A DNA stretch of 64,000 nt from an uncultured Lachnospiraceae bacterium (GCA_900314445.1 OMVA01000103.1:257-64256), one strand, 5' to 3'; shown: positions 27,713 through 37,943, counted from the stretch's first letter. Numbers and translations are program-made. The notes: generated from the sequence alone by a model not told the origin.

Positions 27713-28630
27713 ATGATTGACGTATTAATTATTGGTGCCGGCCCTGCAGGAATGTCTGCTGCGATTTACGTACAGAGAGCAGGTAAGCAGGCGGTTTTAT
27801 TAGAGAAAATGACTTTTGGTGGAAAGATTGTAAACACACCGGAGGTTGCAAATTATCCAGGATTGGAAATGATTTCTGGTTTTGACTTTGCCATGAACCT
27901 TTATAATCAGGCAACGAAGCTTGGAGCAAAGGTGGAATATGAGCAGGCCATGAAGATTGAGGATGTGGATGGCATCAAGAAGGTGCATACAGCATCTGGT
28001 AAGGTCTATGAAGCCAAGGCAGTTATTATTGCCACTGGTGCAGCCAACCGTCATCTGGGACTTGCAAAGGAAGATAGCCTGGTGGGCAAGGGGGTATCCT
28101 ATTGCGCAACATGTGATGGTGCTTTCTTCAAGGGACAGGATGTTGCTGTGAATGGTGGTGGAGCTACTGCCATTGAGGATGCCATGTTCCTGGCTAATTA
28201 CTGTAAAAAGGTATATGTGATTCACAGACGTGGTGAGTTCCGTGCACCAGAAGTTGAAATTGCTGAGTTAAAAACAAAGGGAAATGTTGAGTTTATCTTA
28301 AATTCCACTGTTACAAAACTTCTTGGCGATGGAAAACTGGAGGGTGTAGAAATATACGATTCCAAGTCGGAAGAAAGAAAGACTCTTGCCATTACAGGAC
28401 TCTTTGTAGCCATTGGACAGGAACCTGCAAATTCAGACTTTGCCAATGTTGCAGATTTAGATGATAAGGGTTATGTGCTTGCAACAGAGGATTGTAAAAC
28501 AAAGACACCTGGTGTATTTACAGCAGGAGACTGCAGAACGAAGACGATTCGTCAGCTCACAACAGCTGCATCGGATGGAACCATTGCAGCACTGGCTGCA
28601 ACTCTTTACATTAGTCAGCAGGGTAAGTAA
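27713..28630 (+). CDS. trxB: Thioredoxin-disulfide reductase
   Basis: GAGPAG, VSYCATCDG, GGGATA, HRRGEFRA, GVFTAGD. Confidence 0.95.
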   Translation: MIDVLIIGAGPAGMSAAIYVQRAGKQAVLLEKMTFGGKIVNTPEVANYPGLEMISGFDFAMNLYNQATKLGAKVEYEQAMKIEDVDGIKKVHTASGKVYEAKAVIIATGAANRHLGLAKEDSLVGKGVSYCATCDGAFFKGQDVAVNGGGATAIEDAMFLANYCKKVYVIHRRGEFRAPEVEIAELKTKGNVEFILNSTVTKLLGDGKLEGVEIYDSKSEERKTLAITGLFVAIGQEPANSDFANVADLDDKGYVLATEDCKTKTPGVFTAGDCRTKTIRQLTTAASDGTIAALAATLYISQQGK

Positions 28631-28645
28631 TAATTGATGAATCTG

Positions 28646-28684
28646 GAAGGGCTTGCTAATATGATAAGCGAGCCCTTCTTTTTA
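28646..28684 (+). terminator. Intrinsic terminator
   Basis: GAAGGGCTTGCT ... AGCGAGCCCTTC + T-run. Confidence 0.85.
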
Positions 28685-28703
28685 TGGGTTCAATAATTAG
28701 AAT

Positions 28704-29891
28704 ATGAGAATAAGAATGACGAAAGTACAGAATAAAGAACAGAAAAAAGAACAAAATAAAGAACAAAATATAGAGCAGAATATTGAGCAGAAAACAGTGC
28801 AGAATAGAAAGGGAAATACCACTGCATATTTGGCAAAGCAAATTCTGGAATGGCATAAGGATCATAGAAGAGAACTGCCCTGGAGAAAGGATCAGGATCC
28901 TTATCATGTATGGGTATCTGAAATTATGCTTCAGCAGACTCGTATTGAAGCAGTGATTCCATATTATGAGCGCTTTCTGAAGGAACTGCCAGAAATCAGT
29001 GATCTGGCTCAGTGCCCGGATGAGAAACTCATGAAACTTTGGGAAGGACTAGGCTATTACAGCCGTGTTCGTAACCTGAAAAAAGCTGCCAAGCAGATTA
29101 TGGATGAGTATGGAGGTAAGTTCCCAGAGGAACCAAAAGACATCTTGGGACTGGCTGGTATTGGCGCCTATACCGCAGGCGCTGTAGGTTCCATTTGCTT
29201 TGGAAATCAGACTCCAGCAGTGGATGGAAATGTACTGCGCATATGGATGCGCTACTTTGCGGAGGATTCCTGTATTGATGATGCCAGGGTGAAGAAGGAG
29301 GTTACAGAAAAACTGGCCCTGGTATATGAGAAGGACACAGCAAAGGCACTGACAGAAGGTCTGATGGAACTGGGACAAACTGTTTGTATACCGAATGGAA
29401 GGGCGAAGTGTGAAGATTGCCCTTTACAGAAAAAGTGTCGTGGCTGTATTGAAAAGAACTGGGATCTCTTTCCTGTGAGAGCGGCAAAGAAAGCCAGAAA
29501 AGTTGAAAAGAAAATTGTCTATGTTCTGATTACAGATGACCAAAGAATCATTGTGGAAAAGAGAGGGGACACAGGACTTCTGGCGGGAATGTGGCAATTC
29601 CCAAATGCAAAGCTGGAAAAACTGGATGCGGAAAAGCAGGATCAGTTCTTCTTAAAGTGTGGCATTAACCTGCGGGAAATCTTTGCCAAGATTCCATATA
29701 AACATATCTTCAGTCATGTGGAGTGGGATATGGAAAGCCATTACTATAAAATAGATTTGGATGAAGAAAAACTTGCGAAGAATTCCAACTACCTGGCGGT
29801 TTCCATGGATAAACTGAAGGAGGAATATGCCATTCCATCAGCCTTCCAGCCATTCTTAAAAAATGCAGAAAAATTATTGGGCGATGAATAA
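28704..29891 (+). CDS. mutY: A/G-specific adenine glycosylase
   Basis: WVSEIMLQQT, WEGLGYYSR, LAGIGAYTAG, AVDGNV, 4Fe-4S motif CIPNGRAKCEDCPLQKKC, NUDIX-like C-terminus. Confidence 0.96.
   Translation: MRIRMTKVQNKEQKKEQNKEQNIEQNIEQKTVQNRKGNTTAYLAKQILEWHKDHRRELPWRKDQDPYHVWVSEIMLQQTRIEAVIPYYERFLKELPEISDLAQCPDEKLMKLWEGLGYYSRVRNLKKAAKQIMDEYGGKFPEEPKDILGLAGIGAYTAGAVGSICFGNQTPAVDGNVLRIWMRYFAEDSCIDDARVKKEVTEKLALVYEKDTAKALTEGLMELGQTVCIPNGRAKCEDCPLQKKCRGCIEKNWDLFPVRAAKKARKVEKKIVYVLITDDQRIIVEKRGDTGLLAGMWQFPNAKLEKLDAEKQDQFFLKCGINLREIFAKIPYKHIFSHVEWDMESHYYKIDLDEEKLAKNSNYLAVSMDKLKEEYAIPSAFQPFLKNAEKLLGDE
28728..28811 (+). repeat. Degenerate 12-bp coding minisatellite, seven units, in the mutY 5' end
   Basis: CAGAATAAAGAA, CAGAAAAAAGAA, CAAAATAAAGAA, CAAAATATAGAG, CAGAATATTGAG, CAGAAAACAGTG, CAGAATAGAAAG. 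Confidence 0.8.
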
Positions 29892-29992
29892 ATATGTGAT
29901 AAAATGGACCAATTAAAATTAGGGAATAAAGTTTTTTAATTATTAAAGTTAAGTGTTTATTGGGAATATCTGTACAAATAAAGGAGTATGTC

Positions 29993-31474
29993 ATGGAAAT
30001 CGGATTTAGTAATGAGAAATACATGGAGATGCAGTCAAAGCATATTCGTGAAAGAATTGATCAGTTTGGAGGAAAACTCTACCTGGAGTTTGGCGGAAAG
30101 TTATTTGACGACTTCCATGCCAGCCGTGTACTTCCAGGCTTCCATCCAGATTCAAAGATCCAGATGCTGAAGCAGCTTGCAGATCAGGCTGAAATTGTAA
30201 TCGCTATTAAGTCTGGAGATATTGAAAAGAATAAGGTACGTGGCGATATCGGTATTACTTACGATCAGGATCTTCTTCGTCTTATCGACGCATTTACCAA
30301 CAATGGACTTCTGGTAGGTTCCGTAGTACTGACTCAGTTCTCTGAGCAGCCATCTGTACTTGCTTATGAAAAGAAGCTGAAGGCGCTTGGCCTGAAGGTG
30401 TACCGTCATTACATCATTCCTGGTTATCCATCCAATATTCCTATGATCGTATCCGATGAGGGTTTTGGAAAGAACGATTATATTGAAACAACAAGACCAC
30501 TTGTTGTTGTAACTGCACCTGGCCCTGGTTCCGGTAAAATGGCCACTTGCCTTTCACAGCTTTACCATGAAGCAAAGCGTGGTGTTAAGGCAGGATATGC
30601 TAAGTTCGAGACATTCCCAATTTGGAACATTCCACTGAATCATCCTGTTAACCTTGCTTATGAAGCAGCTACAGCTGATTTAAATGACGTAAACATGATC
30701 GACCCATGGCATTTAGAAGCTTATGGTGAGACAGTAGTAAACTACAACCGTGACGTAGAAGTATTCCCAGTACTGAAGGCAATGTTCGAGAAAATTTCTG
30801 GAACATCTCCTTATCAGTCACCAACAGACATGGGCGTAAACATGGCTGGATATGGTATTGTAAATGACGAAGCTTGTAGAAAGGCTTCTAATCAGGAAAT
30901 CATCCGTCGTTACTATGAAGCACTTGCCAACTTCAAGTCTGGTAACGCAACAGAACAGCCAGTTCATAAGATTGAACTTCTGATGGAAAAGTCAGGAATC
31001 TCCATTGCTGACCGTCCAGTTGTTGCAGCTGCCAATATTCGTTCAGAAGAAACAGGCGGACCAGCAGCAGCTATGGAAATGCCAGATGGCACAATCCTTA
31101 CAGGTAAGACTTCGAATATGATGGGTGCATCAAGTGCACTTCTTCTCAATGCCCTTAAGTATTTCGCTGGCATTGATGACGCTGCAAAACTCATTTCCCC
31201 AGAGGTATTAGAACCAATCATGGAACTTAAGGTTAAGCATCTGGGAGACCATAACCCTCTGCTTCATCTGGATGAGCTTTTAATCACACTTTCAATTCAG
31301 GCTCTTACAAGCGAAGATGCAAAGCGCGCTTATGACGAACTGCCAAAGCTTGCAGGCCTTGAAGTTCATTCTTCTGTAATGCTTTCTCATGAAGACATCG
31401 CCGTATTCAAGAAGCTGGGTTGTCATTTAACATGTGAAGCCAAGTATGAGAGCAAGAAGCTTTACCACAGATAA
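29993..31474 (+). CDS. DUF1846/UPF0371-family protein
   Basis: KLYLEFGGKLFDDFHASRVLPGF, TAPGPGSGKMATCLSQ, YEAATADL; ATG 29993 follows AAGGAG. Confidence 0.9.
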   Translation: MEIGFSNEKYMEMQSKHIRERIDQFGGKLYLEFGGKLFDDFHASRVLPGFHPDSKIQMLKQLADQAEIVIAIKSGDIEKNKVRGDIGITYDQDLLRLIDAFTNNGLLVGSVVLTQFSEQPSVLAYEKKLKALGLKVYRHYIIPGYPSNIPMIVSDEGFGKNDYIETTRPLVVVTAPGPGSGKMATCLSQLYHEAKRGVKAGYAKFETFPIWNIPLNHPVNLAYEAATADLNDVNMIDPWHLEAYGETVVNYNRDVEVFPVLKAMFEKISGTSPYQSPTDMGVNMAGYGIVNDEACRKASNQEIIRRYYEALANFKSGNATEQPVHKIELLMEKSGISIADRPVVAAANIRSEETGGPAAAMEMPDGTILTGKTSNMMGASSALLLNALKYFAGIDDAAKLISPEVLEPIMELKVKHLGDHNPLLHLDELLITLSIQALTSEDAKRAYDELPKLAGLEVHSSVMLSHEDIAVFKKLGCHLTCEAKYESKKLYHR

Positions 31475-31635
31475 GTGGAAGGTCTTTGGGATTTTCATTA
31501 CTCTAGAAAGATGTATGCAAATGTACTTGTCAGAAATTTCTTCTGGCAGGTACATTTTTTATTTCCCAGAGGCGAAAATTCGCTTATACTTATTAGGTGT
31601 TTATAGAAGACAATTAATAGAAAGAGGATTTAATC

Positions 31636-31941
31636 ATGGAAGAAGAGAGATTATCACCAGCAGAAAAGGTGGACCGTCAGATGATGCAGTTCTCCAATGA
31701 ATTGAAGGAAAAGATGATGGAATTTGCTTTACCAGAAGAACAGCAGGCTGTAATTATGGATTATTTTAATAAGGCAGCAGGCGGAGCAGTTGTGAATTGC
31801 CTGACTCTGGAGGTGTTTGCAGACATGGTTTCAAGAAAAATAGGTCAGCAGAAGGCTTCTAAAATGCTCAGTGAGGCCATTACACAGACAATCGTAATGA
31901 CAGGAAATCAGGAAAAGCAGCAGGCAAAGAAAGACAACTAG
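31636..31941 (+). CDS. Hypothetical protein
   Basis: RBS AGAGGA, host-like codon use, helical composition. Confidence 0.7.
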   Translation: MEEERLSPAEKVDRQMMQFSNELKEKMMEFALPEEQQAVIMDYFNKAAGGAVVNCLTLEVFADMVSRKIGQQKASKMLSEAITQTIVMTGNQEKQQAKKDN

Positions 31942-32033
31942 AAAACGAACTGAAATTTTAATTTTGAAAACAGTTTGAAACCTATTTGATTCGCATTTGA
32001 AAAAGCATTTGAAAAGCAGGAAGTGAGGGCGAT

Positions 32034-33314
32034 ATGTATTTATTAAAAAATGGTCACGTGGTTGATCCTGTAACAAATACAGATGAAATACTTGATGTAT
32101 TAATTGATGGAAGAATCATTAAAAAAGTAGCGAAAGATATTGCTGGGGATACAGAGGCAGCGGGAGCTGAAGTCATTGAATGCACTGGGCTTACCATTGC
32201 GCCTGGCCTTATGGATGCTCATGTACATTTCCGTGATCCTGGTTTTACTTATAAAGAAGATATTGAATCCGGTGCCAAAGCTGCAGCCCGTGGTGGTGTG
32301 ACAACGGTTGTCCTTATGGCCAATACCAAGCCTGCAGTAGATAATGTGGAGACTCTTCATTATATTCAGGAAAAGAGTGAGAAGACAGGAATTCATATCA
32401 TTCAGACAGCTGACGTTACCAAGGAAATTGCTGGTAAGGAGCTGGTGGATATGGATGAACTGGCTGCAGAGGGTGCAGCAGGTTTCACGGATGATGGTCT
32501 TCCAATTATGGATGCCAAGCTCTTACGTGATGCCTGCATAAAAGCAAAGGAACTGGATCTGCCTCTTTCTTTACATGAAGAGGATCCTGCCTTTATTGAG
32601 AAACCTGGTGTAAATATGGGGAAGGTTTCTGAAGAACTGAATTATGGTGGCGCATCCCATTTGGCTGAGGATGTTATGGTTGCCAGGGATGCAGCTATTG
32701 CCTTAGAAACAGGTGCGCCTGTTGTTATCCAGCATATTTCTTCCGGGGTGTCCGTTGGCATTGTACGTGCTTTCAAGGCCATGGGTGCTGATCTTTACGC
32801 AGAAGCGACCCCTCACCATTTCACTCTGACTGAGGATGCAGTTCTGAAGTATGGTACCAATGCTCGTATGAATCCACCTCTTCGTACAGAAGAAGACAGA
32901 CTTGCTATTATTGAGGGTATTAAAGATGGCACCATCGATATGATCGTGACAGACCATGCGCCTCATAGTAAGGAAGAGAAGCAGCGCCCAATGGACAAGG
33001 CGCCTTCCGGAATCACAGGTATTGAAACATCCCTAGCTCTGGGAATTAAATCTCTGGTGCAGACAAATGAGATAACTCTTATGAAGCTCATCGAACTCAT
33101 GTCCACCAATCCGGCCAAGATCTATCGTATGGAGCCAGATACAGTAAGTGAGAATGCTGTGGCGGATTTAGTTGTATTTGGTGAAAATGAAAATTGGGAA
33201 GTTAAGGAAGAAGAATTTGCTTCCAAGGCAAGTAACAGCCCATTTATTGGATGGGAATTGCCTGGTAAGATTCATTACACCTTCTGTGATGGAAAGATTG
33301 TTTATCAGGCCTAA
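32034..33314 (+). CDS. pyrC: Dihydroorotase
   Basis: PGLMDAHVHFRDPG, GFTDDG, HEED, EATPHH, MNPPLR, TDHAPH. Confidence 0.95.
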   Translation: MYLLKNGHVVDPVTNTDEILDVLIDGRIIKKVAKDIAGDTEAAGAEVIECTGLTIAPGLMDAHVHFRDPGFTYKEDIESGAKAAARGGVTTVVLMANTKPAVDNVETLHYIQEKSEKTGIHIIQTADVTKEIAGKELVDMDELAAEGAAGFTDDGLPIMDAKLLRDACIKAKELDLPLSLHEEDPAFIEKPGVNMGKVSEELNYGGASHLAEDVMVARDAAIALETGAPVVIQHISSGVSVGIVRAFKAMGADLYAEATPHHFTLTEDAVLKYGTNARMNPPLRTEEDRLAIIEGIKDGTIDMIVTDHAPHSKEEKQRPMDKAPSGITGIETSLALGIKSLVQTNEITLMKLIELMSTNPAKIYRMEPDTVSENAVADLVVFGENENWEVKEEEFASKASNSPFIGWELPGKIHYTFCDGKIVYQA

Positions 33315-33407
33315 GCTTCAGACAATCTATAATATAAAATGCCAGACTTAAGGTCATAAGTATAAGATGTTGTGCTTGTCTTTGACCACTGCCACTAGAT
33401 ATGCTAG

Positions 33408-33450
33408 AATGCCTCTGTATGCCTATAATAGGCGTGCAGAGGCATTTCTT
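33408..33450 (+). terminator. Long hairpin, probable terminator after pyrC
   Basis: AATGCCTCTGTATGCCTA-taa-TAGGCGTGCAGAGGCATT + TCTT. Confidence 0.65.
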
Positions 33451-33530
33451 ATTTACGTAAAAGCGATTTTTAACTAAAGGTTTATAGAAAAAAATAGCGC
33501 TCTGATGCAAAGTGATAATAGCTGGGCTTA

Positions 33531-33547
33531 TGCGCAGTTCATTTGCA
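33531..33547. repeat. Intergenic palindromic repeat family half-site
   Basis: TGCGCAGTTCATTTGCA. Confidence 0.8.
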
Positions 33548-33585
33548 GGAAGAGCAATTAGAATTATTTTTTGGTGAGGATTCAA

Positions 33586-35877
33586 ATGGAAAAGATCAAA
33601 GAAGTTGATTACGAAGAGGAGATGGGGCAGGACTACGTGGATTATGCCATGTCCGTTATTACAGAACGTGCGCTGCCTGATGTTAAGGATGGCCTCAAGC
33701 CGGTTCAGAGAAGAATTTTGTATTCTCTGTCAGAACTGACTCGTTCCGATGCGCCACACAGAAAGTGTGCTCGTATCGTGGGTGACTGCATGGGTAAATA
33801 TCATCCACATGGTGATTCGTCTATCTATGAAGGTCTGGTTAATATGGCACAGAGCTGGAAGTTGCCAATTCCACTGGTAGACCCTCACGGTAACTTCGGT
33901 GATGTTTCTGGTTCTGGCGCTGCTGCCATGCGTTATACAGAGGCAAGAATTGCCAAGTATACAGAGGACGGAATGAAGGACTTAAAGTACTGCCAGTTTG
34001 TACCAAACTTTGATGGTACGGAAAAGGAGCCAGTTCATTTACCATTCCTGATTCCTAATATTTTAACTTCAGGTACAACGGGTATTGCCGTTGGCATGGC
34101 TACCAATATTCCAACTCATAATCTGAATGAAGTTGCAGATGCAGAAATTGCTTATTTGGAAAATCCAGATGTAAGCCTGGATGAACTCTTAGATATTCTT
34201 CATGGTCCTGATTTCGCCACAGGTGGAATTATCAATGCCAACAAAGAGGCAATCAGACAGATTTATGAAACAGGTTTAGGTAAGGTTCGTGTACGTGGCA
34301 AGGTAGAAATTCGCGATATTGGTCGTGGCAGACGTTCTATCTGTGTAACAGAAATTCCTGTAACCATGATTAATGGTACAGAAAAGTTCTTAAATACCGT
34401 TGCGGATCTGGTTCGTCAGGGTAAGTTACCTGCAGTTGTTGATATTGCTGACCGTGGTGATAAGGATGGAGAGTGCCTGGCCATCGATGTAAAGAAGGGT
34501 ACCACTGACGAGGAAATCCAAAAGATTCTCAATATCCTTTATAAGAAGGCAGGTCTGGAAGAAAACTTCAGTGTCAACATGAACTGTATCTACAATAAGA
34601 AGCCAGAGGTTATGGGACTTCGTCGTATTCTTCAGACTTATACAGAGTATAAGAAGGAAGTATATCAGGCTAAGTACGAAAAGCTGAAGGCTGATGAAGC
34701 AGATATTAAGGAAGTAAAGGCCGGACTTTTACAGGCGGTTGATGTTATTGATCTGATTATTGAAATCCTTCGTGGTTCCAAAACTCTGAAGGATGCTAAA
34801 GAATGTCTTATGTTTGGTAAGACAGATGCCATTAAGTTCCGTTTCCAGGGTTCTGAAATGGATGCCCGTGAATTACATTTCACAGAGAAGCAGACAGATG
34901 CCATCCTTGCCATGAGACTGCAGAAGCTCATTGGTTTGGAAGTGGATGTTCTGAAGAAGGAACTGGCTGAGGCAGAAAGACTTTACGCCAGGTATACGAA
35001 GCTTCTGGAATCTCCAGCTGCCATGAGAAAGCAGATGGTTGCGGATATTGAAGATTTAAAGGCCAAGTATGGAATTGAAAGACGTACAGAAATCCTTGAT
35101 CTGGGTGAAGTTATTGTGAAGAAGGAAAAGGAAGTTCCTACAGAAGAAGTAGTACTTCTGGATCGATTCTTCTATATCAAGTCTGTTCCACAGTCTGTAT
35201 TTGAAAAGAATCAGGATGTTTCTTATAAGTATGCCACAGCGCTTATGTCCACAGATCGAATTGGTCTCTTTGACACAGATGGTATGATTCATATCATCAA
35301 GGTCAAAGATATTATGAAGAAGCAGCAGGATCTTTTAAAGAAGCAGAATAAGAAAGATAAAAAGTTAAAGATTACAGATAAGGGTGTACAGATTTTCGAG
35401 TTCTGTCAGATGGACGAGAATGCTGACATCGTTGCCATGTTTGCCATGTCTGAGCTTTCTCCTTTGGCTGGTGTTACTCCAGAGGAACTTAGCCAGATGA
35501 ATCCTGCAGATTATCCAAAGGCTGCAAATCTGGTATTTGTTACGGATGAGGGTAAGGCAAAGCGAGTACTGGCATCTGTATTTGATTCCTCCCGTAAGAC
35601 AGCCCAGGCCATCAAGGCTCATCCTGTTTATGTGGGATTTGAAAAGGAATATGTTGTTGCAGAAACAGAGGGTGGCTTCTCCATCAAGGTTAAGTCCGAT
35701 GAACTTCCAGTTCAGGGTAAGGGTGCTTCTGGTGTAGGCCTCATTTCCCTGCGCAGAGGAGATAAGGTGGCATCTGCCATTTCTGCCAACAATGAAGATA
35801 CTTTCAATGGAATTTCACTTTCCCAGATGAAGGCCGTTAAACGTGGCGGTAAGGGAAATAAGAAGTCTGCTAAATAG
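33586..35877 (+). CDS. parC: Type IIA topoisomerase A subunit (ParC/GyrA-like, short CTD)
   Basis: RALPDVKDGLKPVQRR, GKYHPHGDSSIYE, AAMRYTE (catalytic Tyr), GPDFATGG; few CTD blades; ATG 33586 follows GAGGA. The parC-versus-gyrA assignment is inferred. Confidence 0.85.
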   Translation: MEKIKEVDYEEEMGQDYVDYAMSVITERALPDVKDGLKPVQRRILYSLSELTRSDAPHRKCARIVGDCMGKYHPHGDSSIYEGLVNMAQSWKLPIPLVDPHGNFGDVSGSGAAAMRYTEARIAKYTEDGMKDLKYCQFVPNFDGTEKEPVHLPFLIPNILTSGTTGIAVGMATNIPTHNLNEVADAEIAYLENPDVSLDELLDILHGPDFATGGIINANKEAIRQIYETGLGKVRVRGKVEIRDIGRGRRSICVTEIPVTMINGTEKFLNTVADLVRQGKLPAVVDIADRGDKDGECLAIDVKKGTTDEEIQKILNILYKKAGLEENFSVNMNCIYNKKPEVMGLRRILQTYTEYKKEVYQAKYEKLKADEADIKEVKAGLLQAVDVIDLIIEILRGSKTLKDAKECLMFGKTDAIKFRFQGSEMDARELHFTEKQTDAILAMRLQKLIGLEVDVLKKELAEAERLYARYTKLLESPAAMRKQMVADIEDLKAKYGIERRTEILDLGEVIVKKEKEVPTEEVVLLDRFFYIKSVPQSVFEKNQDVSYKYATALMSTDRIGLFDTDGMIHIIKVKDIMKKQQDLLKKQNKKDKKLKITDKGVQIFEFCQMDENADIVAMFAMSELSPLAGVTPEELSQMNPADYPKAANLVFVTDEGKAKRVLASVFDSSRKTAQAIKAHPVYVGFEKEYVVAETEGGFSIKVKSDELPVQGKGASGVGLISLRRGDKVASAISANNEDTFNGISLSQMKAVKRGGKGNKKSAK

Positions 35878-35920
35878 GCAGGCTTGGTTTAAAGAGAAAT
35901 AATCTGTGATGCAAGAATCT

Positions 35921-35955
35921 TGCAAATGGACTGTGCAAAGACAAGTTCATTTGCA
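35921..35955. repeat. Intergenic palindromic repeat family copy (inverted pair)
   Basis: TGCAAATGGACTGTGC-aaagaca-AGTTCATTTGCA. Confidence 0.85.
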
Positions 35956-35975
35956 TCTGACATAAAGGAGTTTAT

Positions 35976-37883
35976 ATGGCTAAGGAATACAATTCTGATG
36001 CGATTAAGGTATTAAAGGGTCTGGAACCGGTAAGACTTCGGCCTGGTATGTATATCGGTTCTACCGGACGTCAGGGTCTCAACCATCTGGTACAGGAGCT
36101 GATCGATAATGCAGTGGATGAGCATCTGGCTGGTTTCTGTAAGAATATTTATGTATCTCTCAATGAGGATGGTTCTGCCACAGTTACCGATGACGGCCGT
36201 GGTATTCCTGTTGATATGCATCCAACGGAAAAGAAGACAGCAGAGCGAGTTGTATTTACTGTGCTTCATTCCGGTGGTAAGTTCAACGATTCCATCTATA
36301 AGATTTCCGGTGGTCTTCACGGTGTAGGTTCTGCGGTAGTAAATGCCCTGTCCAGGAAGATGATTATTGATATTTACCGTGATGGCAATGTTTATCATGA
36401 TGAGTATTCCTGCGGACAGCCACAGGTGAAGCTGATTGATGGCTTGCTGGAAGCGGTTCCTGTAAAGGGAAAGAAGACTGGTACATCCATTACTATTTAT
36501 CCAGATGAGACTATCTTCGAAACCGTTCGCTTTAAGTCCAGTGCAATTCGTAATCGATTAAAGGAAACTGCTTACTTAAATCCAAATCTTACCATTACCT
36601 TTGAGAATAAGAGAGATGGATATGAACCAGAAGTATTCCATCAGCCAGGTGGACTGACAGCTTTCGTAGAAGATCTTTCCAAGGATATGGTTAAGACTTC
36701 TCCTGTGATTTCTCTTTCTGGAGAAAAGAACGGTATTCAGGCGGATATCGTATTTGTTATGACAGAAGACGGTGATGAAAATATCATCGGTTTTACAAAT
36801 AATATTACCAACCCAGAGGGTGGTACCCATGTAACTGGTTTTAAGACTGCATTTGCCAAGATTGTAAATCAGTATGCAAGAAATGAACTTGGTGTTCTGA
36901 AGGAAAAAGATTCCAATCTGACTGGTAGTGACATTCGTCAGGGTATGCAGGCAATCGTTTCCATTAAGCATCCAGATCCTCAGTTCGAAGGTCAGACCAA
37001 GACACGTCTTTCCAATACGGATGTAATTCCTGCCATGGAAGGAATCCTTCGTGAGCAGCTGACTGTATACTTTGACCGTAACTATGATGTGCTGAAGGAT
37101 ATCGTTGATAGAGCGGTGGAAACGGCCAAGGCCAAGGCCAAGTCTAAGACGAAAATCAATCTTTCCAAGTTCTCCTTTGAGGGAAATGGTAAACTGGTTC
37201 GTCAGGAATCTAACGAATCTGAGAAGTGCGAAATCTTCATCGTCGAGGGTGATTCCGCTGGTGGCTCTGCCAAGAGTGCTCGTAATCGTAAGTATCAGGC
37301 AATTCTGCCTCTCCGCGGTAAGATTCTGAATGTGGAAAAGGTACCTGTTTCCAAGGTTCTGGAGAATGCAGAAATCAAAGCCATGATTAATGCCTTTGGT
37401 TGTGGTTTCTCCCAGGGCTTCGGTAACGACTTTGATATTAATAAGCTTAATTACGATAAGATCATCATTATGACAGATGCCGACGTGGATGGCGCGCATA
37501 TCGCTACTCTGCTCCTGACATTCTTCTATAGATTCTATCCAGAACTGATCAATGAAGGTCATATCTATATTGCCATTCCGCCACTTTACCGTGTGGGCGA
37601 GGGCAAGAAGATTCAGTATCTATATTCAGATGATGAACTGGCTAAGTACAGAGCTTCACATAAGAATAAGTTTGTAATTCAGAGATACAAGGGTCTTGGT
37701 GAAATGGATGCCAGTCAGCTCTTTGAAACCACTATGGATCCAGAACACAGACTCCTGAAGCGCGTATCCATCGCTTCTCGTGCAGAAGCATCCATGATTA
37801 CAAGTACTCTCATGGGAACAGAAGTTGCTCCTCGTCGTAAGTACATTGAGGAAAACTCAACGGACGCTGTCATCGATGCTTAA
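35976..37883 (+). CDS. parE: Type IIA topoisomerase B subunit (ParE/GyrB-like)
   Basis: LEPVRLRPGMYIG, ELIDNAVDE, DDGRGIP, SGGLHGVG, EGDSAGG, PLRGKILNV, IMTDADVDG, YKGLGEM. Confidence 0.87.
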   Translation: MAKEYNSDAIKVLKGLEPVRLRPGMYIGSTGRQGLNHLVQELIDNAVDEHLAGFCKNIYVSLNEDGSATVTDDGRGIPVDMHPTEKKTAERVVFTVLHSGGKFNDSIYKISGGLHGVGSAVVNALSRKMIIDIYRDGNVYHDEYSCGQPQVKLIDGLLEAVPVKGKKTGTSITIYPDETIFETVRFKSSAIRNRLKETAYLNPNLTITFENKRDGYEPEVFHQPGGLTAFVEDLSKDMVKTSPVISLSGEKNGIQADIVFVMTEDGDENIIGFTNNITNPEGGTHVTGFKTAFAKIVNQYARNELGVLKEKDSNLTGSDIRQGMQAIVSIKHPDPQFEGQTKTRLSNTDVIPAMEGILREQLTVYFDRNYDVLKDIVDRAVETAKAKAKSKTKINLSKFSFEGNGKLVRQESNESEKCEIFIVEGDSAGGSAKSARNRKYQAILPLRGKILNVEKVPVSKVLENAEIKAMINAFGCGFSQGFGNDFDINKLNYDKIIIMTDADVDGAHIATLLLTFFYRFYPELINEGHIYIAIPPLYRVGEGKKIQYLYSDDELAKYRASHKNKFVIQRYKGLGEMDASQLFETTMDPEHRLLKRVSIASRAEASMITSTLMGTEVAPRRKYIEENSTDAVIDA

Positions 37884-37924
37884 TGCAAATGAACTTAGCG
37901 GATTTTGTGCACATCTCATTTGCA
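37884..37924. repeat. Intergenic palindromic repeat family copy (inverted pair)
   Basis: TGCAAATGAACT...CATCTCATTTGCA abutting the stop codon. Confidence 0.8.
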
Positions 37925-37943
37925 AGTAGATCAAATAATAAAT

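Noticed and set aside
33244-33585. 113-aa minus-strand ORF or sRNA in the pyrC-parC gap
   Set aside because: No RBS or motif; crosses a terminator hairpin and a repeat copy; no recognisable RNA family
36576-37562. 328-aa minus-strand ORF (also 62369-63097, 60123-60833, 15672-16277 and many shorter overlapping ORFs)
   Set aside because: Antisense shadows of strongly supported genes; no motifs or RBS; expected from biased codon usage
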